Source: Phoronis australis (lineage: Eukaryota > Animalia > Phoronida). Taken from it: a stretch of DNA of 64,000 nucleotides. Positions within the stretch are counted from its first letter, which is position 1; each line of letters opens with the position of its first letter. The notes under the pieces are model-generated. The model was not told the DNA's origin. It worked only from the letters and a program-made list of their open reading frames with translations, and ran no database searches. Shown here one piece after another: positions 53,500-64,000 of this stretch. A program made the translations under genes and the position numbers. The DNA lies in the NCBI GenBank assembly GCA_002633005.1, contig NMRA01000279.1, positions 337,397 to 401,396 on the forward strand. The letters are read 5' to 3'.

Positions 53500-54068
53500 T
53501 GAAGCGCCTAAGGGTCCTTAAAGGAGTACCTTTCTGCGCGTAGAAATGTGCTTAACCTACGCGTACTTTTAATTCCTAAACGATCATTGCTGTGCTCTTA
53601 TTCTACGAGCACTTTTGCTTAATCTAAGCGTACTTTGCTTAATCAACGCGTACTTTTAATCAGTTCACATACTCCAGTCATGCCCTATTTTTATCCTGGC
53701 GTGTTAAAAATGGTCATTTGCCGATTTCGGCAACTGAACGAAGGGCTGCTCGAAAAAAGCTCGGCCGGGGCTTAGTTCCAGTTGGAAGAAATTGAAGACA
53801 TCGACGGCCTCCTAAAGGTATTTTATTTATAGCAACGTGACTTAGAAGTTTTAACCAGTATAGTACGAGACACAATTCACTGAAAAATTTCCGACATGGC
53901 TCCTACGGAGCTTCACCGTCTCCACTGGGTCCAGTCCGGACGGTGGCGCTGTCTAAAATATGCGTTGATAAAGAACAGAATGACGATCGTTAAGAACTTA
54001 AAGTACGCGTAGATTAAGCACATCTCCAGGTGCAGAAATACTGGTTAAGAATCCTTTAATTGGCGCTT
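53500..54068. mobile_element. MITE with ~100-bp imperfect TIRs just downstream of the peptide gene stop codon
   Basis: TGTGCTTAACCTACGCGTACTTT..AACGATC versus GATCGTT..AAAGTACGCGTAGATTAAGCACA; outer AAGCGCC/GGCGCTT. Confidence 0.7.
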
Positions 54069-54890
54069 GTACGGTTTTCCGCAGTGGGGGCATAGGGAAC
54101 TTTTGACTTTGTGAGGTCACTGGTATCCGGTCACATGTGATCAACTGAAACGTTACCATTACTAGAAAGTAGGTCTCTCATCAATAGTAGTAACAGATGT
54201 AACAATTTGTAACAAATGTAAGAATTTGTTGCCAGTGCTCACGTGACCATTCCCGTCGTGAACTTTCTTGTAGCCTTGTATAATAGCTCCTTTAAAAAGT
54301 TGACTATAGACGGGAACCAGGATTGACAGCCAGGGAAAGTACGTTTACATTGTTACGGTGTCTTTATTCGTTCTATTCCAGACTCTGATCGCCTACCAGC
54401 GGAAAATGACCGGAAAACTAGAACGATATTGTGAAACTTTACATTCAGTGGACGCAATTTCCTCTTTCTATGTAGATCTACACTGTTGCTGCTTTCGTAA
54501 ACACAAATAAAAACTTTGAGTTGACGTGAAGTTTCCTGGCCCAATATTAAGCTGATATGAACCTGTTTTCTCCCAAAAAGCTAACTTTTACACAGACCCC
54601 TAACTGAACCGTTCCCCACTCAGAATTGACAAATTTGAGTGTTCTGATCCCGGACTCTGGCCCAACAGTTTTTCGCAAAAAAGTTGGAGAACAAGGAACA
54701 GTTAAAGTAACTGCAACTAACTAAAATTGCAAAATTGTAATGCGCACAAACTTCTATTGCATTACGTCCAAACATTACAATCTGGAAAAATTGCACAAGC
54801 AAATATACAGAAACAGAACTGAATGATCATTATCAGTGGCCGGCTCATATGAACTTATGACATCATCACGGAATCGGAGTCAAACGTTTG

Positions 54891-55146
54891 CACACGCGTA
54901 CCTAGCCTTCAATATGGGGGGGCTCGAATTCCTCACGTTGTGAACCTTTTAAATTGCTAACAAAAGAGCGGGCACACTAAAAAAAAATAAAAAGGGAGTA
55001 CCACTGTGAATTGCGCGTTTGCGCTTATTGTGCACTTTTGTCCCATTATCTTGGACTTTTTGTCTCTCGGGGCAGACCTTTTTGCCCACTTCGCCAAATG
55101 GGGGGCTCCTTAGAGTCCCCCGAGCCCCCCCCTGGGTGCGCGCATG
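54891..55146 (-). mobile_element. Second, inverted copy of the 51986-52251 MITE family
   Basis: Ends in TGGGTGCGCGCATG. The internal ACCTTTTTGCCCACTT.GCCAAATGGGGG is the reverse complement of the first copy. Flanks are GTTTG/GTTTT. Confidence 0.8.
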
Positions 55147-57994
55147 GTTTTGACACGTTTCTTTCATTTTCCATCCAAAGAAGATTGTTTCTGTTCATCA
55201 TTTGATGCTTACAATTATTTGCCGTGCTTTTCCCTCTTCAAAACATTTGCGGAACCATTTGTCAGCATTAGGTTTGGTCGGCACGACTCGACTGCACCGA
55301 GGACCATACCGATTTGCTAAAAAGTATATCAGACAAAATTTACGTCTTTTCTTGGTGATTACGATTTATTGAATTGGTTATCCATGCAGTAGAATTCATT
55401 CAGACATTCAGACGTTATCGAGGCTAAAATCCAACAACTAGCCAGTTTCGCGGTGGGTATATCATGGGCTGAATGGGTACAACGGTCCACTGAGCGAAGC
55501 TGCAGCAGTGTCAGAAAGTTAATTAATATTAAAAATGAACACATACAGGTGTCCCAACTACGTTCCGCTCTTAGGTGTCCACTTCCCAACACTTTCCGTG
55601 GCTTAAAATGCAGTTGACCGCAGATTTCACTTGGGCTGTGGCCAGGTCAAGGGACCTATGACGTCACAACGGAGCATGGTGAAAGTTGACAAGTTTACTT
55701 TACTTCTCCTCCGAAGACGATTGTTTCGGTACATTTTTTGGCAATTTGCAATCGCTTGCCGTGCTTTTCCCTCTTCACAAATCTTAGACTTTTTTGTAAC
55801 GCTCACTTGGCTGGAGGACAGCCGTCGGGACGAGGGCTGTCTGGAGACGCTACCACTAACTGACAACCTGTTCTATCATAGGTTTTTAATTTTGGGGCGA
55901 AACTTTTGTCTCCAGTCTTGGCCATTACAGCTCATGAACAACGTCATTTAGTGCACAAAAGGCCGTCAAACACTTTTCGGGGTTCAAAAAAAGTAGTGTT
56001 GTTTTGGGTTTACCTCGAGCTTGCTATGCCGAGACGACCAGTTGACGTCTGCGGAAACTAATTTATTTTATTTTACATAAATTCTAAGTAGTTATTCCAA
56101 AGTAAATGTTTAGTACCTAGTATATTCCGCTATCTTAAAACACGCTCCAGCAATTTTAGAGGTTCAAAAAGCAGTATTTTCCTTGCCTGTTCACTTGGGC
56201 CGGTGGCTGGCGCGAATTAGTTAATGACGCCACCACAGAGGCGGAATCAAAGACAAGACAACTTTCGTTTCAATACTCCTGCAGAGATTGATTCTGCACG
56301 CCTTTCGATGTTTACAAACGCTTGTTGTGCTTTTGCCTTATGAAAAGCCTTTTGCACTTTTCCTAGAGTTTTGTTTTACTCCATATAACCACAAACACCG
56401 AACCAGAACCCTGCCGACTTTGCAAAAAGATTCTATCACGTGTTTAAGTTTCAAGCATATGTCTTCTTTTGGGTTTAAAGTTTAGTCAATCAACTATTCA
56501 TCTCATACAGTACACACTCAGACGCTTTTTCGGCAAAAATCGCACTAGTTTCGTCCTGGGCTTAACTCGGGCTGGGTAGAATGGTCCGCCGGGTCGAGTT
56601 GATCAGTAATAGACGGAAAGTTGATTTTATCAAAAATACGCAGGTGCTCCAACGAAGATACAGCAGCTCTTTGATATTGCTTATCGATCTTGAGTATTGT
56701 TACCTAATGAGCCCGCGGAGTTACAGCATTTAATGCTTTGCGCCATTTTCGAAATCACAATTTTAGGGTTGGCCAACCCTATTAAAGTCTGAATATGATT
56801 GGACCACTTCATGAAAACAAAAGGCCAAATTCAAATTTTGTTTTTAGCCATATACACGAAGCAAAATGCATTTTTTGATATCAGAGACAATCATTATCAG
56901 TCACAAAGATGCCATAAATTTTCCATGCGTCATTCGATTCAGTTCTAGGTATTAGCACGGTGATAATGTACACTCAGCAAACCTTCACTGTGAGCTGAGA
57001 ACCTAAAGTGTTCATTGGTTGTAACATATAAAGCAGACACTCCTAAGTGAGAAACCTCTTGCTTCATTTCTTTACCTGCAATTTGTCTCGTTTCACCAAC
57101 AGGTTCACTGAGGTGCACAATAAAATCCTCTTTATTAACCAAATATATAGACCTTAACATCACAAACAGGTGTGCATGCTATCCATAGTAATGGTGAATT
57201 ACTTGTAGTTTCATTTTGGAACTCACTAGTACCATCGACATTTATGGCAAGACAAGTTTATCAGACTACCAAAATACACATTCAACTATAGGATTCCATT
57301 TCTACTAACAAATCAAGTCAAAGGCAATGTGTAATCAAGCCATTTTTTAATTTTGCAATTTTACGGTTGACCAACACCCCAATAAAGTCTGAACATATTC
57401 TTGAGTTCCTGATAGTTTCAGTGTGCTTTTTGGAAGCAGCAAGAGAATCCTCTCACCGATGGAAGTATAAGGTCTAATTCGATTTTCATTTTCAACCACC
57501 TAAATAGAGAACGCAGCTTTAAATCGTTGATATTAGGGTTATTCATTCCACAAGCCCTCCTGTCAAAAACAGCAGGCAGTGATAGACCAATAATCTCCTA
57601 AGAGAAACGAAAGTAAGAGTAATTAAATTGAGCAAACTCATCTCGGCAAGGATTCGTCGTATCACGACTCTCGAGCTCGAAAAATTGTGCTGGAGCTCAC
57701 ACACCCTGTTTAGTCGTACACGGAAATCATATACTAGACTTTCAAAGAGATCACATGTCCTTTCTATGAATGCAGTCGAATAAACACTTGATACCTGAAT
57801 TAAAAATTGGGTAACATGCCGGACATTCCAGACGTTTGAGTTACTGTCAGTGCATGCCTATATAACCGCCACACCATGGCAACTAATATGTGATACACAA
57901 TAACTTTATCTCAAATTACAACAGAGAAAGTACAAATCTCCTCCTAAACTTCAACTATCAAAAACAAGAAGAACAGTCTATAAATTGCATGAAT

Positions 57995-58389
57995 TAGGCT
58001 TGACACAATATCAAAAGCACAAAATAATCTTGGATAATATAACAAAACTGAGCGTGTCAGGCTAGATAATAACTAGGCTTGACACAATATCAAAAGCACA
58101 AAATAATCTTGGATAATATAACAAAACTGAGCGTGTCAGGCTAGATAATAACTAGGCTTGACACAATATCAAAAGCACAAAATAATCTTGGATAATATAA
58201 CAAAACTGAGCGTGTCAGGCTAAATAATAACTAAGCTTGACACAATATCAAAAGCACAAAATAATCTTGGATAATATAACAAAACTGAGCGGGTCAGGCT
58301 AAATAATAACTAAGCTTGACACAATATCAAAAGCACAAAATAATCTTGGATAATATAACAAAACTGAGCGGGTCAGGCTAGATAATAAC
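57995..58389. repeat. 79-bp tandem repeat, 5 near-identical copies
   Basis: GGCTTGACACAATATCAAAAGCACAAAATAATCTTGGATAATATAACAAAACTGAGCGTGTCAGGCTAGATAATAACTA units. Confidence 0.97.
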
Positions 58390-61300
58390 CTTGCTCATTT
58401 TCTGGTCTTCCAAAAATGTCTTCATTGCTGACTGTGTCTGCAAAAAGAATAAGAAATATATTCAGCCTGCACCCACATGTGTTAAATGCTATCAATACGA
58501 TCCATTTCTTCAGTTGCAATAAATATTTTCTGCAATGGCCGCTAATTTTGATCAGTTCCTTCCCTAAACCACTATTAGGTTACCATTTTAAGATATTCCT
58601 GATCAAGCTCTACAAACCATTCACAAAAATGTTCAAAAAACCGCAACTGAAGTTTTCGCGAGTTCTTTTAAACAAAAGCATCGACAGTTCCCTGCAACCT
58701 CCTGACCCTGGGTGTTGTTTGGCCACATGATGCTGCTCGTGCAAAAGATCAGCGTTACGGAGAGGTGTTTTTGCAAACACAGATTAAACAAAACGCCGAC
58801 TGTTTACACAATGGACATTATTATTCATGCAGGTGAATAACTGGATGAGAAAAATTAAAAATCGCAACTTCTGAAACTTACTATAAAATAAATTATCAGC
58901 CATGACCCTCTCAGTAGGAACACATATTTACATGCCAATTTTCAAAAATAAGGAAAATGACCGCTAGTGGCATACAATACACCGAAATCATCAGAAAATG
59001 TCAAAGTCTCTTTAATGGAAAGTTAAACGTATTTGCCATGTTTCATGAAAATCGGTCAAGGCACTCCAAAGATAAGGAGGAAAACATAAAAGCTAAAATT
59101 GTCAAACAGGGGCTCAACAGTAATCAGATCTTCCTGAAAGTCATCATCATCCGTTGTCAAGCTCCAAAAAACATGCGATTCAAAGTTAACAAAGATCCTC
59201 AACTGAAAAAGCTTCAGGAGATACGCCGTGGAAGAGAAAACAACTGCACCACTAGGGCGTGCCACAGTAGTCGGCAGTCATCCAAACATCGTCAATTTTC
59301 ATAAAGAACCTTACAGTGGTTTGTCGGATAGAGCGACGCGTGCCCAAATCAGACTCAATAATAGTGTCCAATCATGGGCGGCGAACCATAGGGGGTTGGA
59401 GGGGGGTTGGGGGGGGGGNAGCCACTTTCTTCAGTGCTGCGCCGAAACTAGGGAGCACAGCATGGTCTGATCCATTCCAAAGACTTCATTCACAAGAAGA
59501 CAGCTTCTAAATTTCACAAAGAGCTGTCAAGGGGATAAGGAGGTGCAGCCAAAAGAAATACGAAATTGCCACAAGAGGGCACTATGGTCGAGATCGTGCA
59601 AAAATTAATGTCAGTCATACAAGTCTTCTCAGCACGAACACATCTGTCACTTTTCACAATGATCATTCGAACGCTTTGGCGGATAGAAAGGCGGATGCCA
59701 GGAAAACAGCCGAAAATAATAAAAAATTTCACTCGGTGGTGCAAAGTACGTCAAAACCAAGAAGCCACCATATTCCACGGAAATCCATCCAGGAAACCCA
59801 TGCATGCAACAAGGAAATTTAACGATATGAGGAGAGCATGAGGAATAAAACTGCCACTAGTGAGAGCATATCCGTAGTTGGATCAGTCCGAACCTCGTCG
59901 CCATTTGTCGCGAGCTTGACAAATTTGTCAAATCTCGTAAGGGGTTTAGCAGATACATCAGCAGTAGCTCTGACAGAGATGAAGGCAACATGCACCCACT
60001 CATGGATATGTTGGCGCATAAAAGCCAGTGTTATTATAAGCACAAGTCGACCCGGGCAAAACAAATAAACTAAATAAATGGACAATATAGAAAAAATGAT
60101 TGAAAAAAACGCAGTAGTTAACAAAGTGTACTGTTAAAATATTGTAGTTTCTAACCTCTGGTATCCTTTGTTATAACTTCACTAAGTTCAATACACTTTG
60201 TGTTGGAAATGTTTGCTAGTTAGATCAAGGCACAAAGGGTGATAAGTTTAGAAGACTTAGAAAGATCAGCTTGGTAACAGAACCACAGGCAGATTTTGGA
60301 AGGTGAGAAGGGGCAAAAGACCCACCCCTCTCCGGACAGGACCAAAAATGCCGCCGCCATGCTTTTTTTGGCACACACGGAATTTACACTTTTCACTCAA
60401 AAATTGGGGTAGAGCCCCAAGAGACAAACTTACCGGGAAAACACTGCCGTGTTGCGAGATCCTGTTGATGGAGCTAGAGAGTGCCTCTGTAGAATAAAAT
60501 AATATGAATGTAACTCAAACCTAGTGAATTATGAAATGGTAAATGCTAAAATATGGGAAATCAGTTCTCTTCGAGTGCCGCTGGAATTCATGGATCATTA
60601 GAACAACAGGTAGCTTTGAATTTATTGGTTCTCCAGTTTTTTTGTTTCTAATGGTGAAAGATAAGGTGGTATTCTTCTGCTTTAATTATGTAATATTTAT
60701 GTACATGGGCAGAATTCTATTAGGCTGCTCTACTTATTTACTAGGAATTAGTACTTGATTGACCCGACATAGTTAGGTCAGGCCAATAATTATGTAACCT
60801 GTTTACAACAAAATATTTGAAAACATTCTTGTAGGCTCCAGTACATTATTGACTACAGATATAAACAAATAGTTAGCCTTATTTTTGACAAACGATCAGA
60901 GTGATCAAACCAGATGCAATTCGCCAAATTGTACTGAGGAGATTATCTCCCATGTTATCAGTATTTGAGCCACAATTTGGGGATTTTTCTCCACTTTTTG
61001 GTCACCAATGTGTACCCATTTGTGAAATAATGGAATTTAAAACCTTCAGTAAGTTCGTCCGAGTGTATGGTTATTAGAACGTATTTTTAAGCACGTTTTC
61101 TTATGAGTACCACTGACTTGAGTGCATGTGTTCCATGTTTGACTTTCAGTCATGCAAAGCTACTTATTGGCAAATTTGTTTTTGCCTGTTATTCACAACT
61201 CTGACATCGACTTCAAATCCTGCATTCATTAGCACTGTTTGCAATCACCGTATAATTTATTCGACTGATTTAACGTACTTTCCCCATTTTTCGTAAACAC

Positions 61301-62029
61301 ACAGTCTTTGGGCCCACATTTATTCTTAAGTGAAGATTTCCTATTAGGTGTTAGGTTACACATTCTTTATTGTTGTATTTCATTATTGTATCCCTGTTAC
61401 ATACAGATGCTCCAAGCACATTCTATTCTAACTGAGACAATTTCGATGTATGAGGGCGCTACAATCAATGACTAGACGGTTTTGCTCTACCACAATCCTT
61501 ACTCTAACAGACTTCAGAACAACGCACGTAACCAAAAATTATACTACATAGACTGCCAACACCATATACTTTCAATACGCATAAGCCGTTAAGTCATTAT
61601 TCACTAGCAGCACCTGGCCAAATTATCTGGAGTTATTTCTGGCAAGTATGTCGTCTGCTAATCGTGGTCGGCTGTTGTGTGGTCCAGTGGTAGTGGCATT
61701 GCTAAAAGTACTCACGATACTAACAGTTCTACTATTGAAAGATTTTGAACACAGTTTCAATGCTGAAATAATGATTTTTTTGTTGTTGTAGACAGTAAAG
61801 TAGATGCGAGAATTTCCCAGTCACAACACACTAACTGGAAACTGCACCAGATAGTTTGAGAGAGTGGCGCCTCCTCTAGCATACCACACAAGAAAATGTC
61901 GGAGTTGCGAATCTGTTGTCTATAATCCATGATGTAGGCTAACTGAATGATTTTAATTTCAAAAAACAAACGCCAAATGCAAAGATATATGGTGCCTGAT
62001 CCACTATTAACCTCACAACAACAGTGAAA

Positions 62030-64000
62030 ACTGAAAAGATTATTGTCACGGCGTGAAAATAACGGACTCTGCGCGTGCGTATTACTGGAATTATTATGAG
62101 AAGTTACTGACAGCAACCCGTTTACCAATATGAAAAGGAATTCTTTAAAATTGTAGGAGAAATTACATATTAATTTTTTGATGACCTTTCCACTAATTGA
62201 CCTCTTCCGGTGCATTATGGGAACCGATGAGGGAGTAATTGTTAACTCGATTAAAAGTGTGGTTAATGCTAATAATCACAGATGTTATACTTTAAGCACT
62301 TCAGAATACAACATGAATGAAGTGGTCAAATTTTCAGACGAAAAATGCACCTAATGACCCCATGGGTGCACCAAATGACCTGAAAATTTAGAATTCAAAC
62401 TCAATCGCACTTAGTAAACAGATATGTAATTCTGAAGTCTCTAACTCAAAATTTTAGTTTGCACTCAATGACCTTTGACCTATTTTTTCTGATTGGTTAG
62501 GCTTATTTCGAAGTAAAGTAGGGAATTGAATTGGCATGTTTTGACTCACATCAGTGTGATGAAATTGAAAAGAATTCCTTGAAAAACGTAAGAGATATAA
62601 CATTTTGAACGTTACATGACCTTTGCACTAATTGACCTTATCCGGTGCATTTTAAGCATCTTTAGAGAATTATTGCAAAGCCCATGGAAATTGTGTTTAA
62701 CGCTGAGAATCACAGTTGTCTAACGGTTGACACATCAGAATACTTGCTGATTGAAAAGGTCAAATTTTCAGAAGAAAAATGCACCTAATGACCCCATGTT
62801 TGCACTAAATGACCTGAAACTTTGGATTCCGATTTGATTTACTTGTGGCAATCAGACCTGTCAATTTGAAGTGTCTAGCTCAAAATTTTAGTTTGCACCT
62901 AATGACCTTTGACCTATTTCACCTGATTGGATGACCCGATTACTTAGAAAAGTAATTTTTTAAATTGACATGTTGACTTATACCTGTGCACCGAATTTGA
63001 AAAAGATAGCTGTAAAACTGAAGGAGGAGTAGCATTTTGAAAATTATATGACCTTTGCACCAAACGACCTCTTCCGGTGCAATATAGAATATGATTATAT
63101 AACCAATCAAAATTTGTATACCGTCAAAAGTAATATGCTGAATTTAAAAACCGTACCTGCACCCAATTTGGAGTAATTAAGCCTCAAATTTGGTCGGAAG
63201 AAGAATAAGAAGAATAAGAAGAATAAGAATAAGAATAAAATTGAAGAAAACCCAGGAACAACAGTACTCTGCGCTTACACGCGCAGAGTAATAAGAATAA
63301 GAATAAGAACAAGAACAATAAGAATAAAATTGAAGAAAACCCAGGAACAACAGTACTCTGCGCTTACACGCGCAGAATAATAAGAAGAACTAGAAAGATT
63401 ATTGTCACGGCGTGACAATAATGGACTCTGCGCGTGCGTATTAAAGGAATTGTTATGGGAAGTTACTGACAGCAACCCCGTTTACCAATATGAAAAGAAA
63501 TTCTTTAAAATTGTAGGAGTAATTTCATGTTAATGTTTTGATGACCTTTCCACTAAATGACCTCTTCCGCTGCATTATGAACCCCAGTGAGTGAATAATT
63601 GTACAACCAATTTAAAGTATAGTTAAAGCTAAGAATCACAGGTGTTTTGCTTTAAGCACTTAAGAATACAACATGAATGAATTGGTCAAACTTTCAGAGG
63701 AAAAATGCACCTAATGATCCCATGGATGCACCAAATGACCCAAAAATTTAGAATTCAAACTCAATCGCGTTTAGTAAACAGATATGTAATTTTGAAGTCT
63801 CTAGCTCAAAATTTTAATTTTGCACTCAATGACCTTTGACCTATTTTTTCTGATTGGTTAGGCCTATTGCGTAGTTAAGTAGGTTGTTCAATTGGCATGT
63901 TGACATACACTAGTGTGCTGAAATTGAAAAGAATTCCTTGAAAAACGTAAGAGATTTAACATTTTGAACGTTAACTGACCTTTGCACTAATTGACCCTAT
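62030..64000. mobile_element. Two tandem Helentron/HINE-like non-autonomous elements (~1.36-kb period) with ~430-bp internal repeats and an (AAGAAT)n tract
   Basis: A TATTGTCACGGCGTGACAATA palindrome head at 63400 and a one-mismatch copy at 62041. TGACC-rich cores repeat at about 62190, 62625 and 63055. The AAGAAT microsatellite spans 63198-63390. The second copy runs off the window. Confidence 0.7.

Noticed and set aside
55170-55870. Minus-strand ORF with a duplicated EEGKARQ motif
   Set aside because: A short ~70-bp DNA duplication with stops in one copy; no recognisable domain or splice structure.
57995-58389. 79-bp repeat as a CRISPR or tRNA array
   Set aside because: Whole units are near-identical, with no spacers and no cloverleaf.
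58957-62215. Several 60-150-aa ORFs in the distal region
   Set aside because: They fall within non-autonomous repeats, with no domain motifs or coherent exon chains.

Overview
AT-rich, intron-rich animal (marine-invertebrate-like) genomic DNA; the species cannot be determined from the sequence. Three spliced genes could be reconstructed by hand. (1) A 24-coding-exon STK11IP/LIP1 orthologue on + (3256-33013, about 1362 aa), with a candidate 21-nt microexon and an N-flanked duplicate of exons 8-10 that is probably an allelic haplotig. (2) A convergent 7-exon CCR4/Angel/nocturnin-type EEP phosphoesterase on - (41599-36372, 366 aa). (3) A 5-coding-exon gene on + (47269-53301, 133 aa) that the ORF track misses completely. 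It encodes a signal peptide, a 29-aa Trp/Arg-rich cationic peptide, an amidation/cleavage site (GKR) and a 78-aa acidic pro-region, which is the layout of an antimicrobial-peptide precursor and is the most interesting item here. An STK11IP intron also holds a 3.2-kb decayed ISL2EU/PHIS-type DNA transposon (TIRs, THAP relic, SAP plus YqaJ exonuclease relic). The remainder is MITEs, Helentron-like non-autonomous repeats, SINE/LINE fragments and minisatellites, two of which multiply splice donor sites. All gene models come from manual splice-site and phase reading, with no database search.
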